DNA of 64,000 nt. It comes from an uncultured Synechococcus sp. (GTDB lineage: Bacteria; Cyanobacteriota; Cyanobacteriia; Gloeomargaritales; Gloeomargaritaceae). The first letter of the stretch is position 1. Each line of letters begins with the position of its first letter. Shown piece after piece: positions 10,376 to 21,804 of the stretch. The notes beneath the pieces are model-generated. The model saw only the letters and a list, made by a program, of their open reading frames with translations. It had not been told where the DNA came from and did not search any database. The stretch spans positions 149,669 through 213,668 of the forward strand of contig CAYZTU010000001.1 of the NCBI GenBank assembly GCA_964481635.1, in the 5' to 3' direction. Both the position numbers and the translations under genes were made by a program.

Positions 10376-10863
10376 TGCCGCCGTTCCGCATTGGCAATGG
10401 TTACGATATTCACCGGTTGGTGCCGGAACGGGCATTGATCCTGGGGGGGGTGACCATTCCCCATTCCCTGGGGCTATTGGGGCATAGTGATGCGGACGTC
10501 TTGACCCATGCGGTCATGGATGCCCTGCTGGGAGCCTTGGCTTTGGGGGATATTGGTCATTATTTTCCCCCGGATGACCCGCAGTGGGCAGGGGCGGATA
10601 GCGTGATGCTGTTGACCCAGGTGCGGCAACTGGTGGCGGAACGGGGGTGGCAGGTCGCCAACGTGGATGCGGTGGTGGTGGCGGAGCGACCGAAGCTGAA
10701 ACCCCATATCCCGCTGATGCAAGCTCGGTTGGCGGCGGCTTTGGGGGTAGCACCAGCCCAGGTGGGGGTGAAGGCAACGACGAATGAACAATTGGGACCG
10801 GTGGGGCGAGAAGAGGGAATTGCCGCCCATGCGGTCGCTTTATTAGTGCCCGTAAGTAGTTGA
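10372..10863 (+). CDS. ispF: 2-C-methyl-D-erythritol 2,4-cyclodiphosphate synthase.
   Basis: [11 protein letters not shown] and [18 protein letters not shown] motifs. Start overlaps the rpmB stop by 4 nt. Confidence 0.9.
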   Translation: MMPPFRIGNGYDIHRLVPERALILGGVTIPHSLGLLGHSDADVLTHAVMDALLGALALGDIGHYFPPDDPQWAGADSVMLLTQVRQLVAERGWQVANVDAVVVAERPKLKPHIPLMQARLAAALGVAPAQVGVKATTNEQLGPVGREEGIAAHAVALLVPVSS

Positions 10864-10999
10864 CGGATTGGGGAAATTTGATTAAGCTTGGAAGCGTCAA
10901 ACCATTGGTTTATCGCAGTTCACGGCCTTAAATGGAAAGCGAGTGCTACGACTAAACCAAGTACTGAGAGATTCTTAACTTTTTGGTGAGGCGCTCTGT

Positions 11000-11290
11000 A
11001 TGAATAAGGAAGAGTTGGTCACTGAAGTTGCCTCGAAAGCGGGGACAACAAAAAAGGTGGCTGAATCGGTTTTGGATGCTACCCTCGAAGCAATTATTGA
11101 TTCGGTGGCGGAGGGGCAAAAGGTGACCTTGGTGGGGTTTGGTTCCTTTGAAGCCCGCAAACGGCAAGCCCGAGAAGGTCGCAATCCAGGGACGGGTGAC
11201 CCGCTGCACATTCCTGCCAAAACCGTACCGACCTTTTCGGCGGGCAAGTTGTTTCGGGAAAAGGTGGCGGACGGGGGGGCTGAGGGTTAA
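11000..11290 (+). CDS. hup: HU family DNA-binding protein.
   Basis: MNKEELV..VA...G..KK and GFGSFE..KR.AR.GRNP motifs. Confidence 0.9.
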   Translation: MNKEELVTEVASKAGTTKKVAESVLDATLEAIIDSVAEGQKVTLVGFGSFEARKRQAREGRNPGTGDPLHIPAKTVPTFSAGKLFREKVADGGAEG

Positions 11291-13557
11291 ATCCCGGTTT
11301 GGTTTTTAGGGTTTAGGACGTTTGTTAATGCGGCGACCGGGGTACGGTACCAGGTTGCGAGGTTGGCGAGTTCGCTTTGCACCGATTGGGTGTCCGGCCA
11401 ATCCGGGTGGTTATAGCCCAGTTCCCGCAGGCCAGCGACCCATACCTGGGGGCTAACCCAGTATTGTTGCCCCAAGGCCAGAAGATTCCAGGGGGTGGTC
11501 TGGTCTTGACTCAAGGCCTCCTGGAGCCAGCGGTGTACCTGTGTCGCCGTCGGTAGCGGCGGGATGTGCCCAGAAACATAGAGGGTTTGGGGTTGGGCTA
11601 CGGCCACCAACCAGCGCAGATAAATCGGAGCCGGGGGTAACGTCCACAAAATTAACGCCCCATAGGTGCCGTGGGGGCGGTCGTAGTCTAGGTGGGGGTG
11701 GTGCGGCACATCTGGCCGTTGATAGCCGTATAAAAGTAGCTTTTTATTAGTACCATTTCCTAATAAATCTTCAAGGTTTCCCAAGGAAACACACTCAGGA
11801 ATGCAGTTGAGCGGCGGCGGGGGTTTGATTTCTAAATGGGGTAGGGGGTAACGCACCCCCAGGAGTTGCAACTCCAGCGTCGTTTGTCCCTGAAATTCGT
11901 TGGGGCGCAGGGTGTAGGCCAGGTCTAGCCATTCCGGGAGCGGTACATAATGCCCCCAATTCCAGGCCAGGACTTTTTTTTCACCCGTCCCGTCCGCCAC
12001 GGTCAACTTAAGGTGGTTTTTCTCCTTGCCCATCACCTGTTGGGACACCACCCGCACCCATTGGCTCCAGAATTGGGGAGCCGGGTTGGCCATGCCGTAG
12101 GGTTGGAGCCGTTGCAGTTCGTCGTATAGCTCCAGCGTCAATTCCCCCAACTGCGCCTGGGCGTGCAGTTCCACCAGGGGTCGCAGATGATAGGCGTGCA
12201 AAACCCGGCGGCCAAAGGCTTGCAACCGCTCCCACCACTGGGGAAAATCCGCCGCCTTGAGCGTAAATCCCCCCGCCGCCCGATGCCCGCCGTAGCGTTC
12301 CAGGCATTCACCACTGTCATGCAAAGCCTCGTACACATGAAATTCGGGAATCCCCCGGGCAGAACCCCGAATCACCGCCTGACGCTCATCCTCGTAGGTG
12401 CCCAAAAACACCGGCACCCCGTAGCGTTCCACCAAGCGAGAAGCCACAATGCCAATCACCCCATGATGCCAACCCGCTTGCACCAGCACCAGTACCGGCT
12501 CCTGGGCGAAATCCGGTGATTTTTTTTCGCATAAAGCGACCGCTTCCTGCTCAATTTGTTCACACAACTGCCGTCGGAGCAAATTGGTCGCCTCGCATTC
12601 CTGTGCCCGTCGCTGCGCTACCGTTTCATCCTCAGTCGTAAATAATTCAATCACCACCTGGGGGTCGCCAATCCGTCCCACGGCATTGATCCGGGGTCCT
12701 AACTGAAACCCCACATGATCCGGGTTCAATGCCTGCGCCGTCCCCAACCCCGCCGCCTGGATAAGGGTGCGTACCCCCAAAAGCTGGGAATCCGCCAACA
12801 ACCGCAGTCCCTGCTGCACCCACCTGCGGTTCACCCCCGTCAAGGGCGCAATATCCGCAATGGTTCCCAACGTACAAAGTTCTAACAACGGCTGGGTCAA
12901 CGCCTCCCCATAGCCCAGCCGTGCCGCCAACCCTAGCCCCAACAGATAGGCCACGCCCACCCCGGCCAAACTGCTGTAGGGTGAGTCCGCCGGGATCAAC
13001 CGGGGGTTCAAAATCACCTGGGCAGGGGGTAATTCCGGGGGCGGCTCGTGGTGGTCGGTAATCATCACCGTCATCCCCAACTCCCGAGCCAGGGCAATCG
13101 GGGCATGGGCGGCAATGCCATTATCCACGGTGATGATAATATCAATACCTTGTTCATAAAACTCTTGGACAATCCTTTCGTTGATCCCGTAGCCCTCCTG
13201 CATCCGACTGGGAATGGCATAGTCGGCCTTGGCTCCCACTCCCCGTAGTAGTCTTAGTAATAATGATGTACTGGTCATTCCATCCGCATCGTAGTCCCCG
13301 CAGATGGCGATGTTTTGCCCGGTTTTAGCGGCCTGTTCCAAAATATCCAAAGCCACGGGCAAATCCCGAAAATCTGGAAACGGGGGGGGGAGGGATTCCT
13401 GCTGCGGGTCAAAAAATTGGCTAATCGCCGCCGCTGTATGTAAACCCCGGTCTGCCAAAATCTGTACGGTCAGGGGTGATAACCCCAGGTTTTGAGCTAA
13501 ATCCGTCGTGTCAGGGTGGGTTGGGCTAATCAACCATCGTTGTACCGGCCAAGTCAT
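11287..13557 (-). CDS. recJ: Single-stranded-DNA-specific exonuclease RecJ.
   Basis: DHH motifs GDYDADG and ITDHH. The long C-terminal extension is typical of the cyanobacterial form. Confidence 0.9.
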   Translation of the reverse strand: MTWPVQRWLISPTHPDTTDLAQNLGLSPLTVQILADRGLHTAAAISQFFDPQQESLPPPFPDFRDLPVALDILEQAAKTGQNIAICGDYDADGMTSTSLLLRLLRGVGAKADYAIPSRMQEGYGINERIVQEFYEQGIDIIITVDNGIAAHAPIALARELGMTVMITDHHEPPPELPPAQVILNPRLIPADSPYSSLAGVGVAYLLGLGLAARLGYGEALTQPLLELCTLGTIADIAPLTGVNRRWVQQGLRLLADSQLLGVRTLIQAAGLGTAQALNPDHVGFQLGPRINAVGRIGDPQVVIELFTTEDETVAQRRAQECEATNLLRRQLCEQIEQEAVALCEKKSPDFAQEPVLVLVQAGWHHGVIGIVASRLVERYGVPVFLGTYEDERQAVIRGSARGIPEFHVYEALHDSGECLERYGGHRAAGGFTLKAADFPQWWERLQAFGRRVLHAYHLRPLVELHAQAQLGELTLELYDELQRLQPYGMANPAPQFWSQWVRVVSQQVMGKEKNHLKLTVADGTGEKKVLAWNWGHYVPLPEWLDLAYTLRPNEFQGQTTLELQLLGVRYPLPHLEIKPPPPLNCIPECVSLGNLEDLLGNGTNKKLLLYGYQRPDVPHHPHLDYDRPHGTYGALILWTLPPAPIYLRWLVAVAQPQTLYVSGHIPPLPTATQVHRWLQEALSQDQTTPWNLLALGQQYWVSPQVWVAGLRELGYNHPDWPDTQSVQSELANLATWYRTPVAALTNVLNPKNQTGI

Positions 13558-13943
13558 TACCGCACACCTTGGGACGACACCTGCACTTTAGCACGATGCA
13601 ATTCCATACTTATCTGGCCGGTGAAATCGGGAATGGGTGGTGCCACCTTGGTCACCCGCAGGGTCACCGCCTCTACCTGAGGAAAGGCCAAAACCTGTTG
13701 GGTCAGCACATAAGCCAGCCGTTCGAGGAGGAGAAAACGCTCGGTTGCAATGGTCGTTTTTATCTGGTCAATTACCCTGCGATAGTCCAACGTGTCCTCA
13801 ATATCATCACTTTGCCCCGCTTTTTCCAAGGGTAATTCCAAATATAAATCCACCGCAAACCACTGGCCGAGGGTGCGTTCTGCTGGTAAAAAACCCGTGT
13901 AGCCATAGGCGCGGATATTGTGTAAATAAATCATGTCATTCAT
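13557..13943 (-). CDS. folB: Dihydroneopterin aldolase.
   Basis: The IRAYGYTG...ER..GQ.F.VDL motif pattern matches the FolB family. Confidence 0.85.
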   Translation of the reverse strand: MNDMIYLHNIRAYGYTGFLPAERTLGQWFAVDLYLELPLEKAGQSDDIEDTLDYRRVIDQIKTTIATERFLLLERLAYVLTQQVLAFPQVEAVTLRVTKVAPPIPDFTGQISMELHRAKVQVSSQGVR

Positions 13944-13958
13944 GGGTCAACCCAGGGG

Positions 13959-14729
13959 TTAAAAATGGTCTTTGCGTTGGCGTAGTTGGGTAAAGGTTGC
14001 CACAGGAGATTGGGTTGCCATCGCCCGTTGCACCGTTGGTTGATCCCAACGTAAAAAGGGGTTGATGGCCTTTTCTAAACCGAGATTGCTGGGAATCGTT
14101 GCTTGTCCTTGTTGCCGTAATTCCCGTACCTGCTGGGTATAGTTTTTCAGGGCTAAATTCTCCGGTTCAACCGTCAGCGCAAACCGTAAATTTTGTTCCG
14201 TATATTCATGGGCACACCAGATGCGGGTATCGCCGGGTAAGGAGCGAATTTGACTGAGGGAATCGAGCATTTGGGCGGGTGTACCTTCAAACAGACGGCC
14301 ACATCCCCCGGAAAATAACGTATCCCCGATGAACAGTTCCCCCGGTTGTGCCTGGGTGGGCAAAAAATAGTAGGCAATGTGCGCCCGGGTATGCCCAGGG
14401 ACGAAATAAATTCTGGCCATTCGACCCGCAAAATGAATCTCATCCCCGGCTTCTAAAAAAACGTTTTGCCCAGGAATTCGACCCCGATCCTTGGCACCTC
14501 CATACACGGTTAAACCCGGAACGTAGTCCAACAAATCCGAATTGGCACCCACGTGATCCCCGTGGTGATGGGTATTGAAGATAGCCGTTAATTCTAATTG
14601 ATGCCTATGCAGAAAATCCAGAACGGGAGCCGGTTCTGCCGGGTCAACCACCGCTGCCTTACCCGCCCATTCATCCCACAGCATAAAAATGTAATTGTCT
14701 CTCAGAGCCGGGAGCCGTTCAATCCGCAT
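13959..14729 (-). CDS. gloB: Hydroxyacylglutathione hydrolase (glyoxalase II).
   Basis: THHHGDH metal-binding motif. Start placed at [15 protein letters not shown]. The ORF track extends 42 codons further upstream, which is probably not translated. Confidence 0.85.
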   Translation of the reverse strand: MRIERLPALRDNYIFMLWDEWAGKAAVVDPAEPAPVLDFLHRHQLELTAIFNTHHHGDHVGANSDLLDYVPGLTVYGGAKDRGRIPGQNVFLEAGDEIHFAGRMARIYFVPGHTRAHIAYYFLPTQAQPGELFIGDTLFSGGCGRLFEGTPAQMLDSLSQIRSLPGDTRIWCAHEYTEQNLRFALTVEPENLALKNYTQQVRELRQQGQATIPSNLGLEKAINPFLRWDQPTVQRAMATQSPVATFTQLRQRKDHF

Positions 14730-14730
14730 T

Positions 14731-15504
14731 TTAACCCCTTGCTCCCTGGCGAGCTGGAGCAAAGACCTGTTGAGCGGCGGGCGAACCCACATAGCGCCAG
14801 TGCCAGGGTTCATACATAACTCCCTGGGCATTATGGGGGGGATAGGAAAGTTCAAAACCGTAGGTCATTGCATTTTTTTGCAACCATTCATAAGCACGGG
14901 TTTGACCAAACCGCTCCGTAATATCGGGTATCCCCTCCCCGGCGGCAAAGCCATCCCCCAGATCAATCGCTAAACCGGTGTGATGTTCACTAAAACCCGG
15001 GGGTGCGCTAATGCGAGCAGCGGCGATTTCCGACCCTTGCCTTTGCACTTGCCGATTGAATAAATTGGCTTGGTATGCGACAGTTCTAAATCCCGAAACG
15101 GGGATAATCCATAGCCCCCGATCCCGCGCCGCATTGATGAGTTGGAACAGAGCCAATCCCGCTTCCCGTTCCATTTCTACCTGCCGTTGATATTCTTTTT
15201 GACCATAACTGGCAACCACAATTAAACGGTTGCGATTCACTTCTGGATAGGAGAAATGGCCGTATTTGGTGGGCGGATTGGCAATATTTGGGGTGGACAT
15301 GGGTTGCGTTGGGGGAGTTGCCGTAGGCGTAGTCATGGTCACCAATGGGGGTGAATTGGCCGTAATCGGACTGGATTGGCGTTGCGGGTTAGTAAAATAA
15401 CCAAACGCATAAACAGAGGAAATGACCACCATTGCCGCAACCAAAGTACCGAGACCGAATCCATACCAAGAACGCCAACGGTACATGATGAAAATCAGTT
15501 GCAA
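14731..15504 (-). CDS. D-alanyl-D-alanine carboxypeptidase family protein (peptidase M15, VanY-like) with an N-terminal TM segment and a Pro/Thr-rich linker.
   Basis: [20 protein letters not shown] and EPWHWRY motifs. Confidence 0.8.
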   Translation of the reverse strand: MQLIFIMYRWRSWYGFGLGTLVAAMVVISSVYAFGYFTNPQRQSSPITANSPPLVTMTTPTATPPTQPMSTPNIANPPTKYGHFSYPEVNRNRLIVVASYGQKEYQRQVEMEREAGLALFQLINAARDRGLWIIPVSGFRTVAYQANLFNRQVQRQGSEIAAARISAPPGFSEHHTGLAIDLGDGFAAGEGIPDITERFGQTRAYEWLQKNAMTYGFELSYPPHNAQGVMYEPWHWRYVGSPAAQQVFAPARQGARG

Positions 15505-15643
15505 ATCAATGGGTTGTCAGTACAGTGGACTGTGGGTAATTCTAACCCCAGATTTATCTTGGAAGCAAATCCCCAGAAACCGCCCGTCAAAATTTACCAA
15601 CGGGGGCATGGTACCCTGGAAATCAGCAAGGGAGGGAATGCTC

Positions 15644-17029
15644 ATGTCTCGGTTTCGTTGGCTTCTCGGTCTAAACACCTTGGGTTTCGTCCTGGCTCTG
15701 CCGGTATTGGCGCAAACCGCAGCCGGGGGCGGCGGGTCGAGTTTGTTGGGGGTGTTGACCCTCGCCTTTTTAACCTTGTTCATCCTGGTGATGGTTCTGG
15801 TCATCCTTAGCCAGGTTATCTACATTTGCAATCCCAACGAAATTTTAATTTTTTCTGGGCGGGAACATCGGCTCAGTGGCGGTCAAAAAGTGGGCTACCG
15901 TGTGGTTTTTGGGGGGGCTTCGCTGCGGATTCCCATCATCGAAAGTGTTGACCGGATGGATTTGACTACCATGCCCGTCCAAGTGGAGGTTAAAAATGCC
16001 TATGCTGCCGGCGGCACTCCTCTGCAAATCCAAGCCATTGCCAACATCAAAGTTTCCAGTGCGCCAGCGATCGTGGGTAATGCGATTGAGCGGTTTTTGG
16101 GACGCAAGCGGGAGGAAATCATCCGGGTTGCCAAGGAAACTTTGGAAGGGAATTTGCGTGGGGTAGTGGCGACTTTGACCCCCGAACAAGTGAATGAAGA
16201 CCGGCTCGAATTTGCCGACCGCATTTCCCAGTATGTCGAGCGGGACTTATCGAAGTTGGGTTTGCAGTTAGATACCCTGAAAATTCAGAGTGTTTCCGAT
16301 GAAGTGGATTATCTCAATTCCATCGGCAGGCGACAAATCGCCAACATGATTCGGGATGCCAAAATTGCCGAATCCAATGCGGAGCGGGAAGCGGAATCTG
16401 CCGCCGCTGAGAGCCGTCGTGCCGCCGAAGTCGCCCAAAAAGAAGCCCAAGCTGCCATCCAACAAAAGCAAAATGAACTCCGCAAGATGCAGGCCGAACT
16501 AGAATTGCAGGCACGCTCCGAGGAAGAACGCACCGAAGCCACCGCCCAGGAGACCCGGGCACGGTCGGAACAGGAGCTACAAACCGTGCGGGCGGAATTG
16601 GAACGGTTGCGGTTAGAAGCGGACGTGGTACTACCGGCGCAAGCGCAACGGCAAGCCCAGGAATTGTTAGCCCGGGCGCAGGCGGCTCCCTTGGCGGCTA
16701 ATGCCAGAGCCACGGCTACCGTGACGGATATGCTCAATGAACTCTGGCAAGAGTATGGTCAGGATGCCAGTGCTATCTTATTGATTCAACAACTGGAGAT
16801 GCTCCTGACCACAGCGGCGCAAGTGCCCCAAAAGCTAAACTTGGGGCAGATCAACGTCATCGACAGCGGCGATGGTCGAGCCCTGTCCAGCCTCATGCGG
16901 GCTTATCCAGAAATGACCCAACAGTTCCTGCAACAGGCGGATCAAACCCTGGGGTTGAATTTAGCGGACACCCTCCGTTCCCCAACCCATCGCCAGCCAG
17001 CACCCCCAACAGACACGCCATCGGAGTAG
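15644..17029 (+). CDS. Flotillin/SPFH (band 7) family protein with an N-terminal membrane region and an Ala/Glu-rich coiled-coil.
   Basis: SPFH core followed by a long AEREAESAAAE...QELLARAQA coiled-coil. Start placed at MSRFRWLL (15644), because the longer ORF would overlap the convergent VanY-like gene. Confidence 0.75.
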   Translation: MSRFRWLLGLNTLGFVLALPVLAQTAAGGGGSSLLGVLTLAFLTLFILVMVLVILSQVIYICNPNEILIFSGREHRLSGGQKVGYRVVFGGASLRIPIIESVDRMDLTTMPVQVEVKNAYAAGGTPLQIQAIANIKVSSAPAIVGNAIERFLGRKREEIIRVAKETLEGNLRGVVATLTPEQVNEDRLEFADRISQYVERDLSKLGLQLDTLKIQSVSDEVDYLNSIGRRQIANMIRDAKIAESNAEREAESAAAESRRAAEVAQKEAQAAIQQKQNELRKMQAELELQARSEEERTEATAQETRARSEQELQTVRAELERLRLEADVVLPAQAQRQAQELLARAQAAPLAANARATATVTDMLNELWQEYGQDASAILLIQQLEMLLTTAAQVPQKLNLGQINVIDSGDGRALSSLMRAYPEMTQQFLQQADQTLGLNLADTLRSPTHRQPAPPTDTPSE

Positions 17030-17072
17030 TGCTTGAAACCGTTGGCCAATCAAATACGTTTGGGCAAACACC

Positions 17073-17483
17073 CTAACCGCCTCCAGAACGAGCCAAGCCC
17101 AAGGTCAAGACCAGAAGCAAACAGCCCACAAAAGTCAATCCCAAAAGAAATAGGGCGAACAATTCCCCCGCCGAGAGGGGGCGGTCCGTCGGGTCAAGAT
17201 AGGCCGAATACATCTGCTGAATTTGTTGCAACGTGGGGGTCGGGGGCAGGGTGCTTTGCCACAACTGCTGGTCATAATCCGCCCGTTGTTGCGGCGAAAT
17301 CAGTACCGTGTAGGCCGTATTGATCTGATGGAATTTTTCCTGGGCGACCGCAATTGGTAGCGTGGTGGTATCAGGGTGGTAGCGTTTACTCAATTCCCGA
17401 TAGGCTCGGCGAATCGTCTCCCCACTGGCAAAACGATGCACCCCCAGAATTTCGTAGTAGGTTGGCTTCGAGATACCCACCAT
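17073..17483 (-). CDS. J-domain (DnaJ-like) protein with a C-terminal TM helix.
   Basis: YYEILGV...YRELSKRYHPD (HPD motif). Hydrophobic C-terminus. Confidence 0.85.
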   Translation of the reverse strand: MVGISKPTYYEILGVHRFASGETIRRAYRELSKRYHPDTTTLPIAVAQEKFHQINTAYTVLISPQQRADYDQQLWQSTLPPTPTLQQIQQMYSAYLDPTDRPLSAGELFALFLLGLTFVGCLLLVLTLGLARSGGG

Positions 17484-17588
17484 GGGATTTGCCCAGCATT
17501 ACTTTTACCAATGTATTGCATTTAATGTCTTGCATCCCACCGGGGGGTGTGGGTCAATATAGAAACAGTACCAGTACCGGGGAACGCC

Positions 17589-18128
17589 ATGACCACACCG
17601 GAGTACGAAGAATTGCTGGCACAGGGTAGCCAGGTCAAAGGGGCAATGGCACTCCTGAAATCCTACCGCTCCTACCTGGAATTGCTCCCCAGTATGCGCC
17701 GTCAAGAAGATAGCTTGATTACCGTGGTTTTGCCCCTGGTGCGGCAGGAAGGTCGCTTGGTGCAACTGCCCTGTGAATTGGCCTTGCTCCCCTGTGACCC
17801 AACCTGGCAGGTAAAAACCGACCAGGAAATTTTGGTATTTATCCACCGGGAAGCGGAGGATTTTTCCCAACTGATGCACCGCTGGCGGCAAACCCAAATC
17901 ATCCTCGGCCAACCCTATGAATGGGTGATGCCCCCCCGCCACAGCCAGGTGTACAACGAAGGTGCCGAAAAAATTTACCCCCTGTTTATCCTCTGGCCGA
18001 GTAGTCCCCAGCGCATCCGCCACGGCTTGCAGGGGGCAGGTTTACCCGCAGTGATCCACACCCAACCCATCACAACCAGCCGTTCAGACGACTACCCTGA
18101 CCCGGTGCCAGACAGTGACCCGGTGTAA
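17589..18128 (+). CDS. Hypothetical protein.
   Basis: ORF with ordinary codon usage and no recognisable motif. Start assumed at MTTPEYEEL. Confidence 0.45.
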   Translation: MTTPEYEELLAQGSQVKGAMALLKSYRSYLELLPSMRRQEDSLITVVLPLVRQEGRLVQLPCELALLPCDPTWQVKTDQEILVFIHREAEDFSQLMHRWRQTQIILGQPYEWVMPPRHSQVYNEGAEKIYPLFILWPSSPQRIRHGLQGAGLPAVIHTQPITTSRSDDYPDPVPDSDPV

Positions 18129-18244
18129 TTTGTTCGTTAATTTTCTGCTATTATAAAAAATCGTGTGTTTAACCTTACCCCATCTGGTCACTACGGGTGT
18201 TCTTTGGGAACCCAACCAGGTGGCTTGAACCCGTAGGAGTCCCT

Positions 18245-19015
18245 ATGTCTATTTCCCTAGCCCAACTGTTGGAAGCGGGGGTGCATTTCGGCCACCAAGC
18301 CCGCCGCTGGAACCCCAAAATGTCCCCGTACATTTTCGCCGAGCGCAATGGGGTGCATATCATTGACCTGGTACAAACCGCCAGTTTGCTCAATGATGCC
18401 TACGAATATATGCGCCGTGCCGCTGAAGCGAACAAGAAGTTTTTGTTTATTGGCACTAAACGTCAGGCCGCTGGGATCGTTGCCCAGGAAGCCAGCCGCT
18501 GTGATGCCTATTACGTCAACCAACGCTGGTTGGGCGGGATGCTCACCAACTGGACAACGATCAAATCCCGGGTGGATCGCCTGAAGGATTTGGAGCGACG
18601 GGAAGAAACCGGCGGTTTAGACCTGTTACCCAAGAAAGAGGCGGCCACGCTCCGGCGGGAACTGGAACGGCTGCGTAAGTATTTGGGTGGCATCAAGCTG
18701 ATGCGGCGACCCCCCGACATTGTGGTGATCGTTGATCAAAAGCGGGAATACAATGCCGTTCAAGAATGTTTGAAGCTCAATATTCCCATCGTTTCTTTGT
18801 TGGACACCAACTGTGACCCGGATGTGGTGGACGTGCCCATCCCCGCTAATGACGATGCGATTCGCTCGATTAAGCTTGTGCTTGGCTCATTGGTGGATGC
18901 CATTTGTGAAGGGAAACACGGTCAGGTTGGGGCGATGGAGGACGGGGAAATGGGCGAAGAAGACCTGCCCTTGGAAGAAGATGAGGGGGACATCCCCGAT
19001 GAATCCGAATCCTGA
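18245..19015 (+). CDS. rpsB: 30S ribosomal protein S2.
   Basis: [26 protein letters not shown] matches the S2 N-terminus. Acidic C-terminal tail. Confidence 0.95.
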   Translation: MSISLAQLLEAGVHFGHQARRWNPKMSPYIFAERNGVHIIDLVQTASLLNDAYEYMRRAAEANKKFLFIGTKRQAAGIVAQEASRCDAYYVNQRWLGGMLTNWTTIKSRVDRLKDLERREETGGLDLLPKKEAATLRRELERLRKYLGGIKLMRRPPDIVVIVDQKREYNAVQECLKLNIPIVSLLDTNCDPDVVDVPIPANDDAIRSIKLVLGSLVDAICEGKHGQVGAMEDGEMGEEDLPLEEDEGDIPDESES

Positions 19016-19051
19016 ACGGGTTAAAATAGACCAAGTTGAACAGGAGTAGTT

Positions 19052-19810
19052 ATGGCCGAAGTTTCCGCCCAAATGGTCAAAACCCTCCGGGAAAAAACCG
19101 GTGCGGGGATGATGGACTGCAAAAAAGCCCTCCAGCACAGTGAGGGTGACCTGGACAAGGCCATTGAATTTTTGCGGCAAAAAGGGTTGGCTTCGGCGGA
19201 GAAAAAAGCCGGTCGCAGCACCACCGAAGGGGTGATTTACAGCTACATCCACACCGGCAGTAAGTTGGGGGTGTTGCTGGAAATTAATTGCGAAACGGAT
19301 TTCGTCGCCAAAGGGGAGGATTTCCAAAGTTTGGCGCACAACATCGCCCTGCAAATTGCCGCTACTGAGAATGTGGAATACGTGGACATGAGTGAAATTC
19401 CCGTGGCGGCGATTGAACGGGAAAAGGCGATTGAGATGGGACGGGAAGACCTGGCCAAAAAACCGGAAGCGGTGCGGGAAAAAGTCGTCCAAGGCCGCTT
19501 GGATAAGCTGTTCAAAGAGCGGTGCCTGGTGGATCAGCCCTACATCAAAGACCCGAATATCACCGTCGGGGATTTGGTGAAACAGACCATCGCCAAGGTG
19601 GGTGAAAATATCCGGGTGCGTCGCTTCACCCGCTATCGTTTGGGCGAGGAGTTGGTGACTGCTGCCCCACCGGCGGAACCATCGGAAGCCGCAACCCCGG
19701 AGCCGACCCCAGCGGTACTTGAGGCGGTGGCGGTAGCAGTGGCGGTTACGGAGCCGACCCCGGCACCTGCGGCCAAAAAGGAAACCAAATCCCGTTCTAA
19801 GAAAAAGTAA
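19052..19810 (+). CDS. tsf: Elongation factor Ts with a C-terminal Pro/Ala/Glu-rich, lysine-terminated extension.
   Basis: [27 protein letters not shown] matches the EF-Ts N-terminus. Conserved rpsB-tsf gene order. Confidence 0.95.
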   Translation: MAEVSAQMVKTLREKTGAGMMDCKKALQHSEGDLDKAIEFLRQKGLASAEKKAGRSTTEGVIYSYIHTGSKLGVLLEINCETDFVAKGEDFQSLAHNIALQIAATENVEYVDMSEIPVAAIEREKAIEMGREDLAKKPEAVREKVVQGRLDKLFKERCLVDQPYIKDPNITVGDLVKQTIAKVGENIRVRRFTRYRLGEELVTAAPPAEPSEAATPEPTPAVLEAVAVAVAVTEPTPAPAAKKETKSRSKKK

Positions 19811-19811
19811 G

Positions 19812-20411
19812 GTGCTCACCCCGGAGCAGTACCGCCAGAAAATGCAACAACGCCAGCAGGTGCAGGCGGAGCGTTTAGCCCAATGTACGGAAAAAGGGCT
19901 AGTGATTGTCCATACGGGGGAGGGCAAGGGCAAAACCACGGCGGCCTTGGGGATGGTACTCCGTTCCCTGGGGCATGGTTATCGGGTGGCGGTGGTGCAG
20001 TTTATCAAGGGAGCCTGGTGTCCGGCGGAGCGGCGGGTTTTAGAACATTGGTCGGAGCAGATGACCTGGCACGCCCTGGGGGAGGGATTTACCTGGGATA
20101 CGCAAGACCGGGAGCGGGATCGGCAATGCGCTCAAGCCGCCTGGGTCATGGCGGGGAATTACCTGAAAAACCCAGATTATTACTTGACGGTTTTGGATGA
20201 GGTGAATGTGGCACTCAAGCTGGGTTATTTAGAAATCAACCAAGTATTAGCAGATTTGGCGGCAAAGCCCCCCCAGACCCATGTGGTGTTGACCGGGCGG
20301 GGTGCCCCCCCGGAATTGGTGGACTATGCCGACTTGGTGACGGAAATGACCCTGCGGAAGCACCCGTTTCGTACCCAGGGGGTCAAGGCTCAAGCGGGGA
20401 TTGAATTTTAG
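19812..20411 (+). CDS. cobO: Cob(I)yrinic acid a,c-diamide adenosyltransferase.
   Basis: P-loop GEGKGKTTAA and VLDEVN motifs typical of CobA/CobO/BtuR. Confidence 0.85.
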   Translation: MLTPEQYRQKMQQRQQVQAERLAQCTEKGLVIVHTGEGKGKTTAALGMVLRSLGHGYRVAVVQFIKGAWCPAERRVLEHWSEQMTWHALGEGFTWDTQDRERDRQCAQAAWVMAGNYLKNPDYYLTVLDEVNVALKLGYLEINQVLADLAAKPPQTHVVLTGRGAPPELVDYADLVTEMTLRKHPFRTQGVKAQAGIEF

Positions 20412-20481
20412 GCGCACCGGATGACTTTCCCCCAGGCTCACCCATTTGCTACAGTCAGAACCAACCTGCTGAAGGTGCCCT

Positions 20482-21804
20482 ATGGGTAAGTTCGCCCCGC
20501 CCCGACTGCGGCAATGGCTGAAGTGGCTGAAGCCGGGATTGCTGGTCAAACGCTGGTTGGTGGTGACCTTCGTCGGCACGGTGTTGGTGGTGCTGGGGTT
20601 GTCCATTTCCCTGCGCCTGACCCCGGTGAATAGTTTTTTGCAGTTGATGGAAAGTGTACTGCGGACGTTGGCGACCGTGATTCCCAGCTATATTTCCGGG
20701 CCGGTGGCGGTTTTGGTGGGGATTGGGTTAATTATTTGGAGCCAGACCCGCTCTGTCGGTAGCTTGAGTGAAGCCCTGCGTCCCGAAGGGGAACAAGCCC
20801 TGGTGGATGTGTTGATTGCCCAACGCCAGCGCAACCGGGGGCCAAAAATTGTCGCACTGGGGGGGGGGACGGGGTTATCCCGGCTGTTGCGGGGTCTGAA
20901 AGCCTACAGCAGTAATATCACGGCGATTGTCACCGTAGCGGACGATGGGGGTTCCTCCGGGCGGCTACGGCGGGAGGTGGGGGTGTTGCCGCCGGGGGAT
21001 ATTCGCAACTGTTTGGCAGCCCTGGCGCGGGAAGAACAACTGTTAACGGAATTGTTTCAGTATCGGTTTGAATCCGGGGAAGGGCTGAGCGGCCACAGTT
21101 TTGGGAATTTGTACCTGACGGCACTGACGACCATTACGGGCAATCTGGAGCAGGCGATTGCCGCCAGTTCCCGGGTGTTGGCGGTGCGGGGGCAGGTATT
21201 ACCAGCGACGATGGCGGATGTGCATCTCTGGGCGGATTTGGCCGACGGGCGGCGCATTGAGGGGGAATCCCAAATCCCCAAGGCCAAGGGGCACATTGTC
21301 CGTATTGGTTGTACCCCCGCCCATCCCCCGGCGTTACCCAAGGCGATTGAAGCGATTGAAGAGGCGGATTTGATTTTGATTGGGCCGGGAAGCCTCTATA
21401 CCAGTGTGATTCCCAACCTGCTGGTGCCGGAAATTACCCAGGCGATTGCCCGGGCGACGGTGCCCCGTATTTATATTTGTAATGCCATGACCGAGCCGGG
21501 GGAAACCCAGGGCTATCGGGTGTCCGACCACCTGCAGGCCATCGAGCGGGTGACGGGGCAACGGATATTTGATGTGGTGTTGGTGCAAAAAAAATCCCCC
21601 TCCGCCCAGGCGTTGCAACGGTATGCCCAGGTGGGGGCGGGGTTTGTGGACTTAGACCGGGAGCAGGTGGTGAAAATGGGCTACCGCCTGATCCTGGCGG
21701 ATGTGATCCAGGAAGACCCGGAAAAAGCCCAGGTGCAACACCATTCCCAGCGGCTGGCGCACGTCCTCATGCGCTGGTATAGCCGGGTGCAGGCGTGGTG
21801 GTAG
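20482..21804 (+). CDS. YvcK/CofD-like gluconeogenesis factor family protein (UPF0052) with an N-terminal TM extension.
   Basis: [28 protein letters not shown] signature. Confidence 0.85.
   Translation: MGKFAPPRLRQWLKWLKPGLLVKRWLVVTFVGTVLVVLGLSISLRLTPVNSFLQLMESVLRTLATVIPSYISGPVAVLVGIGLIIWSQTRSVGSLSEALRPEGEQALVDVLIAQRQRNRGPKIVALGGGTGLSRLLRGLKAYSSNITAIVTVADDGGSSGRLRREVGVLPPGDIRNCLAALAREEQLLTELFQYRFESGEGLSGHSFGNLYLTALTTITGNLEQAIAASSRVLAVRGQVLPATMADVHLWADLADGRRIEGESQIPKAKGHIVRIGCTPAHPPALPKAIEAIEEADLILIGPGSLYTSVIPNLLVPEITQAIARATVPRIYICNAMTEPGETQGYRVSDHLQAIERVTGQRIFDVVLVQKKSPSAQALQRYAQVGAGFVDLDREQVVKMGYRLILADVIQEDPEKAQVQHHSQRLAHVLMRWYSRVQAWW

Noticed and set aside
14730-14855. The 42-codon N-terminal extension on gloB.
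   Set aside because: GloB family proteins start at M-x-IERLPA. The extension has no homology and merely bridges to the upstream gene.
15376-15643. The long N-terminal extension of the flotillin ORF (15422) and ORF 15376-15810.
   Set aside because: The extension would overlap the convergent VanY-like gene. A better start is MSRFRW at 15644, immediately before the TM segment.
17505-18023. 172-aa minus-strand ORF opposite the hypothetical gene 17589-18128.
   Set aside because: It overlaps the plus-strand ORF along its whole length, its composition is His/Gln/Gly-rich, and it has no motifs. It is a likely shadow ORF. The choice between the two strands is not certain, however.
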